Shown here one piece after another: positions 42,039 through 53,003 of a stretch of 64,000 nucleotides of DNA. The stretch is from PVC group bacterium (ex Bugula neritina AB1). Its GTDB lineage: Bacteria > GCA-001730085. The notes beneath the pieces are model-generated. The model was not told where the DNA came from, searched no databases, and was given only the letters and a program-made list of their open reading frames with translations. The position numbers and the translations under genes are program-made. The stretch lies in the NCBI GenBank assembly GCA_001730085.1, contig MDLB01000108.1, positions 9,119-73,118 of the forward strand. Reading direction: 5' to 3'. The stretch's first letter is position 1; every line of letters begins with the position of its first letter.

Positions 42039-42671
42039 ATGAGTGTTGTGACAGTCATAGATCAAAAGGGCGAAAAAGTTAAAGAGATAACATTTTCTCT
42101 TCTCGAAGGTGAAGTTCGGAAGTCTCTTGTTCATGAATGTATAAGATATTACCGCGCTGCACAAAGGCAGGGAAATGCTTGTACAAAAACTAGAGGTGAA
42201 GTCACAGGTAGTGGAGCAAAGCCTTGGAAACAAAAAGGATCAGGTCAGGCTCGTGCAGGGACAAAAAAAAGTCCTATATGGAGAGGTGGAGGGGTTGTTT
42301 TTGGACCTAAGCCTCGCTCTTATAGATTTGCCATGCCTAAGAAAAAGAGAAAACTAGCTCTTTTATCTCTGCTAAGATCTCGTTATCAAGAGGAATCTTT
42401 GCTTGTGATTGATGAATTAAAGTTTGAGTCGGTTGCTACGAAGAATGTTCAAGCAACATTGAACGACCTAAAACTTTCGTCACATGTTTTATTTGTTACA
42501 TCTGGGAAAGACGAAAACTTTTTGAAAATGACATCCAACTTAGAGAATATTGGAGTTAAAGAGAGCGCCATTGTTAATGCTTTTGATGTGATCAAATATA
42601 AAAATATTGTTTGCACAGAAAAGGCTTTTCAAGATTTAGAAAATCGTTTGCAAAATAAGGAAGCAGTATAG
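42039..42671 (+). CDS. rplD: 50S ribosomal protein L4
   Basis: TKTRGEV.G, KPWKQKG, WRGGGVVFGPKPR. Confidence 0.98.
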   Translation: MSVVTVIDQKGEKVKEITFSLLEGEVRKSLVHECIRYYRAAQRQGNACTKTRGEVTGSGAKPWKQKGSGQARAGTKKSPIWRGGGVVFGPKPRSYRFAMPKKKRKLALLSLLRSRYQEESLLVIDELKFESVATKNVQATLNDLKLSSHVLFVTSGKDENFLKMTSNLENIGVKESAIVNAFDVIKYKNIVCTEKAFQDLENRLQNKEAV

Positions 42672-42949
42672 TGAGTTCGTATCATGATCTTGTTTTATAT
42701 CCACATTTAACAGAAAAATCGGCAAAAATGAGTGATGAGAATAAATATGCTTTTGTTGTTTCTATGGATGCGAATAAAATTGAAATAGCTAAGGCGATAG
42801 AAAGTATTTATAACGTTAAAGTTCTTAAGGTCAACACTTTGAAAATCAAATCTAAGAAAAAACGTGTCCGTTACTTTCTTGGTAAAACAGTAGAGAGAAA
42901 GAAAGCTATTGTAAAATTGGACAAGGGTTCTACCATAGACCTTATTTAG
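42671..42949 (+). CDS. rplW: 50S ribosomal protein L23
   Basis: PHLTEKS, ANKIEI..AIE, KKAIV. Confidence 0.96.
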   Translation: MSSYHDLVLYPHLTEKSAKMSDENKYAFVVSMDANKIEIAKAIESIYNVKVLKVNTLKIKSKKKRVRYFLGKTVERKKAIVKLDKGSTIDLI

Positions 42950-42979
42950 ACTTTTGATTGAGTATGAGGAATAGTAAGA

Positions 42980-43801
42980 ATGGGAATAAGAAATTATAAA
43001 GCGATTACGCCAGGGACACGTCATAGGTCTGTTTCAACTTTTGACGAAATAACAACCTCTTCTCCTGAAAAATCTCTTCTAAAACCTATAAAGAAAAAAG
43101 CAGGAAGAAATAATGATGGAAGAGTTACGGTAAGACGTAGAGGTGGTGGACACAAACGTCGCTATAGACAGATAGATTTTAAAAGAAATAAATATGATAT
43201 TCCTGCTGTTGTTGAAAGTATTGAATATGATCCTAACCGTACGGCGAATATAGCTCTTTTGCTTTATAAAGATGGAGAGAGACGGTATATTTTAGCTACG
43301 GATGGTATGTCTGTTGGGGATACAGTGGTTTCAGGACCAGCTGTTGATTTTGCAGAAGGAAATAGTTTGCCTTTAAAGTCTATGCCTTTGGGTGTTATGG
43401 TTCATAATATTGAGTTAAAACCAGGAAAAGGTGGGTCGATGGTTCGCTCAGCTGGTGCTGCTGCGCAATTGATGTCCCAAGAAGGGGCTTATGTTTTACT
43501 TAAAATGCCTTCTTCTGAAATGAGACAAGTTTTAGGTGACTGTTATGGAACTATTGGTCAGGTTGGAAATAAAGACCATGGTAACATTTCCTTAGGAAAA
43601 GCTGGTGCTAGCCGTTGGAGAGGTCGTCGTCCTAAAGTTAGAGGTGTTGCTATGAACCCTGTTGATCACCCTCATGGTGGTGGGGAAGGTAGAACCAGTG
43701 GAGGCCGCCATCCAGTTTCTCCTACAGGGGTTAAAGCTAAAGGGTTTAAAACTCGAAAAAAGAAAAAAAAGAGTGATAAATTTATTGTTAAAAAACGTTA
43801 A
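42980..43801 (+). CDS. rplB: 50S ribosomal protein L2
   Basis: [26 protein letters not shown]. Confidence 0.99.
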   Translation: MGIRNYKAITPGTRHRSVSTFDEITTSSPEKSLLKPIKKKAGRNNDGRVTVRRRGGGHKRRYRQIDFKRNKYDIPAVVESIEYDPNRTANIALLLYKDGERRYILATDGMSVGDTVVSGPAVDFAEGNSLPLKSMPLGVMVHNIELKPGKGGSMVRSAGAAAQLMSQEGAYVLLKMPSSEMRQVLGDCYGTIGQVGNKDHGNISLGKAGASRWRGRRPKVRGVAMNPVDHPHGGGEGRTSGGRHPVSPTGVKAKGFKTRKKKKKSDKFIVKKR

Positions 43802-43821
43802 AGTTAATTAGGAGATATGAA

Positions 43822-44091
43822 ATGCCTCGTTCTTTAAAAAAAGGACCTTTTGTCGATGAGCATTTGTTAAAAAAAGTAAACGCTTTGGAAGAAAAGAAAG
43901 AAAAAAAGGTTGTTAAGACCTGGTCTCGTCGTTCAACTATTATTCCCAAGTTTATTGGCCATACTTTTGCTGTACACAATGGGAAGGTTTTTCATTCGGT
44001 TTTTGTTACAGAAAGCATGGTGGGACATAAGTTGGGTGAATTTTCTCCCACGCGGACTTTTCGTAAGCATAGTTCTAAAGGGAATAAATAG
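43822..44091 (+). CDS. rpsS: 30S ribosomal protein S19
   Basis: [23 protein letters not shown]. Confidence 0.98.
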   Translation: MPRSLKKGPFVDEHLLKKVNALEEKKEKKVVKTWSRRSTIIPKFIGHTFAVHNGKVFHSVFVTESMVGHKLGEFSPTRTFRKHSSKGNK

Positions 44092-44104
44092 GAGATTCTT
44101 TGAG

Positions 44105-44464
44105 ATGTTACATGTCGCTACAGCTAAGGCAAAACATTTAAAAATAACAGCAAGAAAGTTACGCTTGGTAGCTGACCTTATCAGAGGTCGTAGTGTTAAT
44201 GAGGCTTTAAGATTGCTTTTTGTAAGCACTAAAAAAGCTTCAGATATTGTGGAAACAACCTTGAAAAATGCTGTTGTGAATGTTTCTCATACTGAAAAAG
44301 GTAAAAATTTAGATATTGATGATCTCTATGTTTCCGAAGTTTTGGTTGATGAAGGTGCCACAATGAAACGTTGGACACCCAGAGCTATGGGTAGGGCTTC
44401 TCGTATTTTAAAAAGGACAAGTCATATCAAAATTTCACTTGGATTTAAAGAAGGGCTAAAATAA
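44105..44464 (+). CDS. rplV: 50S ribosomal protein L22
   Basis: RKLRLVADLIRG, PRAMGRA.RILKRTSHI; ATG 44105 after GGAG. Confidence 0.96.
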   Translation: MLHVATAKAKHLKITARKLRLVADLIRGRSVNEALRLLFVSTKKASDIVETTLKNAVVNVSHTEKGKNLDIDDLYVSEVLVDEGATMKRWTPRAMGRASRILKRTSHIKISLGFKEGLK

Positions 44465-44465
44465 G

Positions 44466-45131
44466 ATGGGGCAAAAAACACACCCGGTGGGTTTTCGTTT
44501 AGGTATTTTTAAGACATGGCAATCGAGATGGTTTGCTCAAAAAAAAGAGTATGCCAAATATTTGCATCAAGATTTAAATCTAAGACAATTTATAAAAAAG
44601 AGACTTTCTTTTGCGGGGATATCTTCTGTTAAGTTTGAACGTGCAGGGGAAAAGCTTACTGTAAAAATCAATGCATCTCGTCCTGGAGTAGTGATAGGTC
44701 GTAAAGGTGTAGAAGTTGATAATTTAAAAGTTCAAATCGAGAAGATGACAAAATGTCGTGTTGTCATAGATATCAACGAGGTTAGAAACCCTGAAAAAGA
44801 TGCACAATTAGTTGCAGAAAGCATAGCTTTGCAATTTGAAAAAAGGGCTTCTTTTCGTCGTGTGATGAAAAAAGCTATTTCGTCTGCTTTAGCAGCTGGA
44901 GTCGAAGGTATAAAACTTGAGGTTTCTGGTAGATTAGGTGGAGCTGAGATGGCTAGAAGAGAAGGTTATAAGGAAGGTAAAATCCCTTTGCATACTTTAC
45001 GTGCTGATATTGATTATGGATTTGCACAAGCCTATACCACCTACGGTGTTATTGGAGTTAAAGTTTGGATATATAAAGGTGAAATTTTGAGATCATCTCC
45101 CCTTGAAGGGAAAGATAATCGTTCAAAGTAA
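44466..45131 (+). CDS. rpsC: 30S ribosomal protein S3
   Basis: MGQKTHPVGFRLG, GRLGGAEMAR, PLHTLRADIDY. Confidence 0.98.
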   Translation: MGQKTHPVGFRLGIFKTWQSRWFAQKKEYAKYLHQDLNLRQFIKKRLSFAGISSVKFERAGEKLTVKINASRPGVVIGRKGVEVDNLKVQIEKMTKCRVVIDINEVRNPEKDAQLVAESIALQFEKRASFRRVMKKAISSALAAGVEGIKLEVSGRLGGAEMARREGYKEGKIPLHTLRADIDYGFAQAYTTYGVIGVKVWIYKGEILRSSPLEGKDNRSK

Positions 45132-45143
45132 GGAGATTGTTTT

Positions 45144-45557
45144 ATGGCAATGATGCCAAAAAAAATAAAATATCGTAAATCTCATCGTGGTCGTATGCGA
45201 GGTTTGGCCACTTCTGGAGCGAAATTAAGTTTTGGCAGATTTGGATTGCAGACTTTAGAATGCGCTTGGATAACAGCTCGTCAAATTGAAGCAGCTCGTG
45301 TCGCAATTAACAGGCATGTTCGAAGAGGTGGAAAAATGTGGATAAGACTTTTTCCAGATAAGCCGATATCTAAAAAACCTGCGGAAACAAGAATGGGAAA
45401 AGGTAAGGGAGATACTGAGTTCTGGGTTGCTGTTGTAAAACCAGGACGTATCATGTTTGAACTTGATGGGGTTCCTGAGCAGTTGGCTCGAGAAGCCTTA
45501 AGACTGGCAGCTTATAAATTGCCTGTTAAATCAAAATTTGTTTCCCGTACATACTAA
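45144..45557 (+). CDS. rplP: 50S ribosomal protein L16
   Basis: [19 protein letters not shown]. Confidence 0.98.
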   Translation: MAMMPKKIKYRKSHRGRMRGLATSGAKLSFGRFGLQTLECAWITARQIEAARVAINRHVRRGGKMWIRLFPDKPISKKPAETRMGKGKGDTEFWVAVVKPGRIMFELDGVPEQLAREALRLAAYKLPVKSKFVSRTY

Positions 45558-45572
45558 TTAGTATCGGAAGAG

Positions 45573-45785
45573 GTGGTAAAAGTGAAAGTTTCTGAAATAA
45601 AAGAATTAAACTGCGAAGAGCTAAAACAAAAAGAGTCGGAGATCCGAGAAAATTTGTTTTATTTAAGAATGCAAAAAAGGCTGGGAAAATTAGACAAACC
45701 TTCGCAGCTTAAAATATTGCGGAAAGATTTAGCTCGAGTTAAAACAGTACATGAAAGTAAGCTTCGAGGAGAGCGTGGATTATGA
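45573..45785 (+). CDS. rpmC: 50S ribosomal protein L29
   Basis: LF.LR, RKDLARVKT; position between rplP and rpsQ. Confidence 0.93.
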   Translation: MVKVKVSEIKELNCEELKQKESEIRENLFYLRMQKRLGKLDKPSQLKILRKDLARVKTVHESKLRGERGL

Positions 45786-46051
45786 AAGAATCTCATCGTA
45801 AAGAGCGTTTAGGGGTTGTTATTGGCGACAAAATGGATAAAACTATAGTCGTAAAGTCAACAAGACGCAAAAGACACCCTGTTTATGGCAAAGTTATTAA
45901 TCAGTCTCGTCATTTTTATGTTCATGACGATCAAAATCAAGCTCGGGTTGGAGACAAAGTTAAGATTCTAGAAACACGTCCTTTAAGCAAATTGAAGAGA
46001 TGGAGATTGATTGAAATTTTTGATAAGTCTGTAGGAAGTGAAACAAAATGA
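45782..46051 (+). CDS. rpsQ: 30S ribosomal protein S17
   Basis: [24 protein letters not shown]. Confidence 0.97.
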   Translation: MKESHRKERLGVVIGDKMDKTIVVKSTRRKRHPVYGKVINQSRHFYVHDDQNQARVGDKVKILETRPLSKLKRWRLIEIFDKSVGSETK

Positions 46052-46416
46052 TACAAGCGGAGAGTCGATTAAAGGTTGCCGATAACACAGGCGCCAAAGA
46101 GGTTTTGTGCATAAAGGTTTTGGGAGGATCTCGTCGTAGATATGCTCGTGTTGGAGATATCATAGTTGTGACGGTTAAGCATGCCGATCCAGGTGGATCT
46201 GTAAAGAAGGGGGACGTTTGTAAAGCTGTTGTTGTTAGGACAAGAAAATCTATTTGTCGTAAAGATGGCTCCTTTCTTCGTTTCGATGGGAATGCGGTTG
46301 TTATTATAGATGATCAAAAAAACCCAAAAGGTACAAGAATATTTGGACCAATTGCTCGTGAGTTAAGGGATTTAGACTTTGTAAAAATTGTTTCATTGGC
46401 TCCGGAGGTTATTTAA
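46048..46416 (+). CDS. rplN: 50S ribosomal protein L14
   Basis: [23 protein letters not shown]. Confidence 0.98.
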   Translation: MIQAESRLKVADNTGAKEVLCIKVLGGSRRRYARVGDIIVVTVKHADPGGSVKKGDVCKAVVVRTRKSICRKDGSFLRFDGNAVVIIDDQKNPKGTRIFGPIARELRDLDFVKIVSLAPEVI

Positions 46417-46419
46417 ATT

Positions 46420-46746
46420 ATGTCTGCTAAAACAAAAATGCGTATAAAAAAAAATGACAAGGTGATTGTTGTTACTGGTAAGGATAAAGGCAAAGTTGCG
46501 GAAGTTACAAAAGTTATCCCGCAAAAGAATAGAGTTATAGTTGCCGGTATCAATATGGTCTCTAAGCACCAACGTCCGAATGCTCAAAATCAAAAAGGTT
46601 CGATTATTCGAAAAGAGGCTTCTCTAGATTATTCCAACGTTATGATTTACTCTGAAAAAGAGAGTAAAGGAGTTCGCTTGGGGATAAAGGAGAAAAAGGA
46701 CAAAAAAGTTGTGCGAGTATGTCGCAAAACAGGTGAAGAATTTTAA
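46420..46746 (+). CDS. rplX: 50S ribosomal protein L24
   Basis: D.V.V.TGKDKGK KOW motif, EA.L..SNV. Confidence 0.96.
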   Translation: MSAKTKMRIKKNDKVIVVTGKDKGKVAEVTKVIPQKNRVIVAGINMVSKHQRPNAQNQKGSIIRKEASLDYSNVMIYSEKESKGVRLGIKEKKDKKVVRVCRKTGEEF

Positions 46747-46761
46747 GGATAGCTATTTATC

Positions 46762-47304
46762 ATGAATCGTTTATTTGAAAAATATAAAAATGAAGCAAAG
46801 CCTTTATTAATGAAAAAATTTTCCTTAAAAAATGTGATGCAGGTTCCTCGTTTTAATAAGATTGTTATTAATATGGGAGTTGGGATTGCTTCTCAGGATC
46901 CTAAGTACTTGGAACTTGCTTTGAAGGATTTAGAATTAATTGCTGGTCAAAGGCCTGTAGCTACCTTAGCTAAAAAAGCTGAAGCGAGTTTTAAAATCCG
47001 TGAAGGTATGAAGATAGGTGCGAAAGTAACTTTGCGAGACCAACGCATGTATGCTTTTTTTGACAAGTTGGTTAATGTTGCGATACCTAGGATTAGAGAC
47101 TTTCGAGGCCTTAATCCTAATTCTTTTGATCAACAAGGGAATTATTCTATGGGTTTAAAAGAGCAAGTTATTTTTCCAGAAATAAATCCCGATGCGGTTA
47201 AACATTTTCAAGGAATGGACATCACCATAGGAATTCACTGTCATGCTGTTGAGCATGCACGTGAACTTTTAAAAATCATGGGTGTTCCTTTGAAAGATAA
47301 ATAG
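46762..47304 (+). CDS. rplE: 50S ribosomal protein L5
   Basis: [28 protein letters not shown]. Confidence 0.98.
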   Translation: MNRLFEKYKNEAKPLLMKKFSLKNVMQVPRFNKIVINMGVGIASQDPKYLELALKDLELIAGQRPVATLAKKAEASFKIREGMKIGAKVTLRDQRMYAFFDKLVNVAIPRIRDFRGLNPNSFDQQGNYSMGLKEQVIFPEINPDAVKHFQGMDITIGIHCHAVEHARELLKIMGVPLKDK

Positions 47305-47317
47305 AGAGGAAATTGAT

Positions 47318-47503
47318 GTGGCCAAAGAATGTTTGATTCATAAGCAAAGGCGTCAGCCTAAATTTGCTGTTAGAGGATATACTCGTTGTCAACAGTGTGG
47401 ACGTCCTAAAGGGGTTTATAAAAGATTTCACTTGTGTCGAATTTGTTTAAGAAAACTTGCTTTGCAAGGTGAAATTCCTGGATTGGTTAAAGCGAGTTTG
47501 TAA
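47318..47503 (+). CDS. rpsN: 30S ribosomal protein S14 (short Zn-binding type Z)
   Basis: RCQQCGR...LCRIC; 61 aa. Confidence 0.96.
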   Translation: MAKECLIHKQRRQPKFAVRGYTRCQQCGRPKGVYKRFHLCRICLRKLALQGEIPGLVKASL

Positions 47504-47523
47504 GTTGTTGGAGATAATTAAAG

Positions 47524-47922
47524 ATGTCAATGAATGATCCTATTGCTGATATGTTGACCCGTTTACGGAATGCAAGTGTAGCTTCTCATAAAGAAACACT
47601 TATTCCGTGTTCTAAAATAAAACTAAGCATTGCTGAGATCCTCAAAGAGCATGGCTTTATAACAGATTTTTCTGTAGAAGAAGAAGGTGTTAAAAAAACT
47701 ATTCGAGTTGTTTTGAAATATTCTGCAACTAGAGAGAGTGCTTTAAGGGGAATTGAAAGAGTTAGTTCCGGTAGCAGACGCGTCTATATTCCTGCTGATA
47801 AGGTCTTTCGTGTTCAAGGAGGTCTTGGTATTTCCATTTTGACCACCTCTAAGGGGGTGATAACAGATATAGAAGCTCGCAATCATGGTATTGGTGGAGA
47901 GCTTCTTTGTAAGGTTTGGTAG
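47524..47922 (+). CDS. rpsH: 30S ribosomal protein S8
   Basis: DPIADMLTR.RN, GLGISILTTSKG, GGELLC. Confidence 0.98.
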   Translation: MSMNDPIADMLTRLRNASVASHKETLIPCSKIKLSIAEILKEHGFITDFSVEEEGVKKTIRVVLKYSATRESALRGIERVSSGSRRVYIPADKVFRVQGGLGISILTTSKGVITDIEARNHGIGGELLCKVW

Positions 47923-47935
47923 GAGTTTATAGAAT

Positions 47936-48472
47936 ATGTCTCGAATTGGAAAATTACCTATACCTATTCCCGCTTCTGTAAAGGTTAGTATTGGAGAGAA
48001 AGAAATTTCTGTTGAAGGAGCAAAAGGCAAATTAGTTTCTCCTTCTTTCGAAGGGATCTCTTGTCTTGAAAAAGAAGGTCAAATTGTTTTAACATGCGAA
48101 GAGACTTCAAAAGTTTTTCGTGCGAGACATGGTTTGGCTAGAGCTTTGATTGCCAATATGATTAAAGGTGTCTCGGAAGGTTTTACAAAAAAACTCGAGA
48201 TCATAGGGGTAGGTTATCGTGTACAATTAAGTGGAAATGTTTTAAATTTTACGATTGGTAAATCGCACCCTGTTTTATTTACTGTTCCCAAAGAACTTTC
48301 TGTGACAGTTAGTGACCCTACACATTTTGAAATTTCTGGAGCTGATAAACAGTTGGTTGGACAAGTTGCTGCAGATATCCGTTCTCTTGCTACTCCTGAG
48401 CCATACAAAGGAAAAGGGATACGCTATGAAGGTGAATATGTGCGTAGAAAAGCTGGAAAGTCTGTAGGATAA
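47936..48472 (+). CDS. rplF: 50S ribosomal protein L6
   Basis: MSRIGKLP, GVGYR, PEPYKGKGIRY. Confidence 0.98.
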   Translation: MSRIGKLPIPIPASVKVSIGEKEISVEGAKGKLVSPSFEGISCLEKEGQIVLTCEETSKVFRARHGLARALIANMIKGVSEGFTKKLEIIGVGYRVQLSGNVLNFTIGKSHPVLFTVPKELSVTVSDPTHFEISGADKQLVGQVAADIRSLATPEPYKGKGIRYEGEYVRRKAGKSVG

Positions 48473-48501
48473 TAATTTTAAGATAATGAGGTATATTATT
48501 T

Positions 48502-48876
48502 ATGAGTGGATTTAAATCTTCGGAAAAAAGACGTCAGTCGCGTCTGAGTAGAAAAGTGCGTTTGAGAAAAAAAATCAAGGGGACGGAGGAGCGGCCTCGT
48601 TTAGCCATTTTTCGTTCTTCAAAACATATTTATGCTCAGTTGATAGATGATACTTCTCACTCTGTTATATGTGCATCTTCCACTTGTGCTAAAGATTTTG
48701 AATCCGAAGGTTCTACAGGCAATGTTTTATCAGCGAAAAAAGTGGGCGAAACATTGGGAGAACGCGCGAAAGCTAAAGGCTTTCATAAAGTTGTTTTTGA
48801 TAAAGGTGGTTTTCGTTATCATGGTAGAGTGAAAGCTTTGGCTGATGCTGCTCGTGAAGCTGGTTTAGAATTTTAA
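48502..48876 (+). CDS. rplR: 50S ribosomal protein L18
   Basis: RPRL..FRS.KHIYAQ, YHGRVKALADAAREAGL. Confidence 0.98.
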   Translation: MSGFKSSEKRRQSRLSRKVRLRKKIKGTEERPRLAIFRSSKHIYAQLIDDTSHSVICASSTCAKDFESEGSTGNVLSAKKVGETLGERAKAKGFHKVVFDKGGFRYHGRVKALADAAREAGLEF

Positions 48877-48888
48877 AGGAGAGTTTTT

Positions 48889-49395
48889 GTGAGACCGAAT
48901 AAGCATAGTTCCTCTGACGAGGTTCAATTAGAGGAAAGAGTTGTTCAAGTTAATCGTGTTGTCAAAGTTGTGACAGGTGGAAGGCGTTTTAGTTTAAATG
49001 CTTTTTCTGTTGTTGGAGATGGCAAAGGTTCAGTTGGTTTTGGAGCTGGAAAGGGAAGTGAAGTTCCTGATGCTATTCGGAAGTCTATTAAGAATGCTAA
49101 AAAGCGTATGACTAAAATATTTTTTCAAGGAAATACTATTCCTTATGTTGTTGAGGCTGAGTTTTGTTCAGCACGTGTTATTTTGAAACCTGCGAAAGAA
49201 GGTACAGGTATTATTGCTGGTGCAGCGGTTCGTGCTGTGATGGAAGCTGTTGGTATTCATGATGTTGTAACAAAGTCCTTAGGTTCTTCTAATAAGGCAA
49301 ACATTGTGAAGGCAACTTTGAAAGCTTTAAAAAGTTTGCTTGATGCCAAGGAAGTAGAAAGATTAAGAGGAGTTAAGATTTATGCAACTTCATGA
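48889..49395 (+). CDS. rpsE: 30S ribosomal protein S5
   Basis: NRV.KVV.GGRRFS, GTGIIAG, KSLGSSN. Confidence 0.98.
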   Translation: MRPNKHSSSDEVQLEERVVQVNRVVKVVTGGRRFSLNAFSVVGDGKGSVGFGAGKGSEVPDAIRKSIKNAKKRMTKIFFQGNTIPYVVEAEFCSARVILKPAKEGTGIIAGAAVRAVMEAVGIHDVVTKSLGSSNKANIVKATLKALKSLLDAKEVERLRGVKIYATS

Positions 49396-49822
49396 TTTGT
49401 CTCCAGCGAAAAACTCGCGTTTTTCTAGAAAACGTGTTGGAAGAGGCGATGGTTCTGGGCTTGGTAAAACAAGTGGTAGAGGCGAAAAAGGTCAGAATGC
49501 TCGTTCTGGTGGGGGAGTAAGACTTGGATTTGAAGGTGGACAGATGCCTTTGATTCGACGAGTTCCTAAGCGTGGGTTTGTTAATATTTTTGCTAAAGAG
49601 TATGTATTAGTTCATATCCGTGATTTGTCTTGTTTTGAGGAAGGTTCTAAAGTTCGCCTGAAAGACCTCGAAGCAAAGGGGCTTATTCCTTCTTTGAAGA
49701 AGCCTGTCAAATTGCTAGCGGATGGAGATCTTGCTGTTTCTTTGGATATTAAAGTTAATGCTTTTTCTGTTGCGGCCAAGGCAAAGATTGAAAAGGCAGG
49801 GGGAAAGTTGGGGTTAATTTAA
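49382..49822 (+). CDS. rplO: 50S ribosomal protein L15
   Basis: RVGRG.GSGLGKTSGRG, FEGGQMPL.RR.PKRGF. Confidence 0.98.
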   Translation: MQLHDLSPAKNSRFSRKRVGRGDGSGLGKTSGRGEKGQNARSGGGVRLGFEGGQMPLIRRVPKRGFVNIFAKEYVLVHIRDLSCFEEGSKVRLKDLEAKGLIPSLKKPVKLLADGDLAVSLDIKVNAFSVAAKAKIEKAGGKLGLI

Positions 49823-49824
49823 TT

Positions 49825-51171
49825 ATGATACTTCGCGTGATTCAGGATATTTTTAAAATCAAAGAATTAAAGAATAAAATCTTTTTCACTTTGGCTCTTA
49901 TATTCGTCTATAGGATAGGTGCTTTTGTTCCTACGCCTGGTGTAGATGGTCATGAGTTGAGTCGCTTTTTTGCGACTGTTTCAGGTGGAGGGAATAGTCT
50001 ATTTGGTATTATGAATATGTTTTCTGGTGGAGCTATGCAAAAATGTACTATTTTTGCACTAGGGATCATGCCTTATATTAGTGCCTCTATTATTATTCAG
50101 CTTCTCTCGGTCGTTGTTCCCTATCTGGAACGCCTTTCTAAAGAAGGTGAGCTAGGTCGTCAGAAAATGGGTCAGTACACGCGATACGGTACGATTCTTT
50201 TGGGAGCGATGCAGTCTTTTTTTATTGCAATGTGGCTTGAAAATGGAGCAAACTTTCAAGACTTTGCAGTTGTTCCGCATCCTGGCTTTTTGTTTAAAAT
50301 AAACGTTGTTCTTACATTGACAGCTGGGACTGCTTTTATTATGTGGTTAGGTGAGAAAATTTCTGAAAAAGGTATAGGGAATGGTATTTCTCTCATCATT
50401 GCTGCGGGGATCCTTTCGAGGGCACCATTTGCCTTTATGCAGATGTTCACCTTGCTTTCGCCTTTTTCTCCAGAAAGACGTCAGATTCAACCAATGGTTG
50501 GTTTGCTTATGTTGGTTGTTTTTCTTTTCATTGTTGTTGGGGTTGTTTTGATGACTCAAGGGCAGAGAAAAATTCCTGTTCAATATGCTAGGCGTGTTGT
50601 TGGAAGAAAAATGTATGGTGGTCAAAACACTTATTTGCCATTAAAAATTAACCAGGCAGGTGTGATTCCGATAATATTTGCTTCTTCTGTTTTAATGTTC
50701 CCTTCAACTATGGCTGGACTTTTGCCCGACTCTTTTTTTCAAAAAGTCGCAAATAGCTTGCAATATGGAGAACCTTTGTATATCCTTATAGAGGTTTTCT
50801 TTATTATCTTTTTTACCTTTTTTTATACAGCGATAACTTTTAATCCTATTGAAATTTCCGAGATGATGAAGCGTAATGGGGGTTTTATTCCTGGTATTAG
50901 ACCTGGTAAGCCGACAGCTACGTATTTGGATAGCTTAATGATAAAGGTTACGACTGCTGGTGCTGTTTTCTTAGCTTTAATTGCTGTTATGCCTGGTATT
51001 GTATATGGATATGCGAAAATTCCTTTTGATGTGGCTAGTTTTTTTGGAGGGACAGGCCTCTTGATCATTGTGGGTGTTGTTTTAGACACAATGAAACAAA
51101 TAGAGGGTAAACTTTTGATGCACAACTATGAAGGCTTTATGTCTAAAGGAAAGATAAAAGGTCGCAGTTAA
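49825..51171 (+). CDS. secY: Preprotein translocase subunit SecY
   Basis: FALGIMPYISASII, GIGNGISL, AGVIPIIFA, IPGIRPG. Confidence 0.98.
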   Translation: MILRVIQDIFKIKELKNKIFFTLALIFVYRIGAFVPTPGVDGHELSRFFATVSGGGNSLFGIMNMFSGGAMQKCTIFALGIMPYISASIIIQLLSVVVPYLERLSKEGELGRQKMGQYTRYGTILLGAMQSFFIAMWLENGANFQDFAVVPHPGFLFKINVVLTLTAGTAFIMWLGEKISEKGIGNGISLIIAAGILSRAPFAFMQMFTLLSPFSPERRQIQPMVGLLMLVVFLFIVVGVVLMTQGQRKIPVQYARRVVGRKMYGGQNTYLPLKINQAGVIPIIFASSVLMFPSTMAGLLPDSFFQKVANSLQYGEPLYILIEVFFIIFFTFFYTAITFNPIEISEMMKRNGGFIPGIRPGKPTATYLDSLMIKVTTAGAVFLALIAVMPGIVYGYAKIPFDVASFFGGTGLLIIVGVVLDTMKQIEGKLLMHNYEGFMSKGKIKGRS

Positions 51172-51174
51172 TTT

Positions 51175-51834
51175 ATGAAGATTGTTTTTATAGGCCCTCC
51201 TGGAGTGGGGAAAGGTTCTCAAGCTAAAAGACTTTCCGCTGATACTTTAAGACCTCATATTTCAATGGGAGATATGCTTAGGCTCCAAAAAATGAAAAAG
51301 ATCCAAGGAGGAAAATCCTTGGGATCTTTCATAGACTGTGGAGATCTTGTTCCTTGTGAGGTAGTGATTAAATTCCTCAAAGATAGGATTTTTAAAGAAG
51401 ACTGTCGTAATGGGTATTACTTGGATGGTTTTCCTAGAACGTTAAAGCAGGCTAATGTTTTGGACTCTATTTTGGCTGAACAAGGTGATTTTTTAGACTT
51501 TGCTGTTGAGTTTTATATCCCAGGTACAGGGAATGATTTGTTTGAGCGGATTATGTCTAGGCTTTCTTGCTCTCAATGTTCGGAAACTTATAGTATGAAA
51601 AATCGCCCACCCTTAAGAGAGGGTTTTTGCGATCTTTGTGATGCTCCTTTGTTACGTAGAGAAGATGATACGTTGTCTTCTTTTAGAAAAAGAATGGATA
51701 TTTTTAAAAAATGGGCGACACCTTTACTCGATTACTATAAAGAGAAGGGGATTTTGCTTAGGTTTAATGCATTAAACTCTATAGATGAGACATATGCAGA
51801 CCTTTTGAAAGGGTTAGGGGTACAGAAAGAATAA
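51175..51834 (+). CDS. adk: Adenylate kinase (Zn-LID type)
   Basis: GPPGVGKG, HISMGDMLR, LDGFPRT, CSQC...CDLC, RREDD. Confidence 0.92.
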   Translation: MKIVFIGPPGVGKGSQAKRLSADTLRPHISMGDMLRLQKMKKIQGGKSLGSFIDCGDLVPCEVVIKFLKDRIFKEDCRNGYYLDGFPRTLKQANVLDSILAEQGDFLDFAVEFYIPGTGNDLFERIMSRLSCSQCSETYSMKNRPPLREGFCDLCDAPLLRREDDTLSSFRKRMDIFKKWATPLLDYYKEKGILLRFNALNSIDETYADLLKGLGVQKE

Positions 51835-52583
51835 TGGCTTTAAATATTTATACAGACCAAGAAATAGAAAAAATAAGAAAGTCTTGTAAAATAACAGCTA
51901 CTGCTTTAAATTTAGTAGAAGAAACTATAAGACCTGGTATGACTACACTTGATGTTGATAATATTGTAGAGACCTATATCCGTGATCATGGTGCTAAACC
52001 TGCTTTTAAGGGCTACCATGGATTCCCTGGAACGGTTTGTGCTTCTGTGAACGAAGAAATTGTTCATGGGATACCTTCTGATAGAGTTTTGAAAGAGGGA
52101 GATATTGTTGGTATTGATACAGGAGCTGTTTGGCAAGGATTTTATTCTGACTCTTGCAGAACATTTCCTGTGGGTGAAATCGCTAAAGAGGCACAGGATT
52201 TGCTTGCGGTGACGAAAGAGTCCTTAATGCTGGGTATTGAGCAATTTTATGAAGGCAATCATTTATACACTTTATCGAATACTGTTCAAAAATGTGTTGA
52301 AACATCTGGCTATTCAGTTGTTAAGGACTATGCAGGACACGGTATAGGTTATAATCTTCATGAAGAACCTGAGATACCTAATTTTGGATACCCTGGGATG
52401 GGATTAAAATTTAAAAAAGGTATGGTTGTTGCGATTGAGCCTATGGTTAATCTTGGAAAATCAAAAACAAAGGTTTTAAAAGATGGCTGGACGGTAGTTA
52501 CAGAAGATGGACAGCTTTCAGCTCATTTTGAGCATACGGTTGCTTTGACAAAAAAAGGTGCAGAGATTTTAACACATGGCTAA
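51834..52583 (+). CDS. map: Type I methionyl aminopeptidase
   Basis: [31 protein letters not shown]. Confidence 0.97.
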   Translation: MALNIYTDQEIEKIRKSCKITATALNLVEETIRPGMTTLDVDNIVETYIRDHGAKPAFKGYHGFPGTVCASVNEEIVHGIPSDRVLKEGDIVGIDTGAVWQGFYSDSCRTFPVGEIAKEAQDLLAVTKESLMLGIEQFYEGNHLYTLSNTVQKCVETSGYSVVKDYAGHGIGYNLHEEPEIPNFGYPGMGLKFKKGMVVAIEPMVNLGKSKTKVLKDGWTVVTEDGQLSAHFEHTVALTKKGAEILTHG

Positions 52584-52794
52584 AATGGAAAATTTAGAAG
52601 TAGAAGGTGTGATTGTTGAGCTGTTGCCCAATGCTAGATTTCGTGTTGAACTAGAAAATAAGTATTGTGTTTTAGCGCATGTTTCTGGGAAAATGAGGAT
52701 GAATTTTATCCGAATTTTGGTTGGAGATAGGGTCACTTTAGAGATATCTCCTTATGACTTAACAAAAGGACGTATTATTTATCGTTATAAGTAG
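52576..52794 (+). CDS. infA: Translation initiation factor IF-1
   Basis: [25 protein letters not shown]. Confidence 0.98.
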   Translation: MAKMENLEVEGVIVELLPNARFRVELENKYCVLAHVSGKMRMNFIRILVGDRVTLEISPYDLTKGRIIYRYK

Positions 52795-52878
52795 TAAGGT
52801 TTTTTGGATTTATCAATACTTTTCTTTTGAAGAGACTTTGAAAATTCATCGATTTTTTAAGTTGGAAGGTAGGAAAAA

Positions 52879-52992
52879 ATGAAAGTAAGAGCTTCGGTAA
52901 AACCGATGTGTGAAAAATGTAAAATCATTAAGAGAAAGGGCGTTGTAAGGGTTATTTGTGATAATCCCAAACATAAACAACGTCAGGGATAG
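52879..52992 (+). CDS. rpmJ: 50S ribosomal protein L36
   Basis: Manual translation [37 protein letters not shown]. Confidence 0.97.
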   Translation: MKVRASVKPMCEKCKIIKRKGVVRVICDNPKHKQRQG

Positions 52993-53003
52993 GAGGTCTA
53001 AAA

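Noticed and set aside
43910-44104. Long N-terminal extension of L22 overlapping rpsS
   Set aside because: Upstream open frame is incidental; SD plus ATG at 44105 gives normal L22 length
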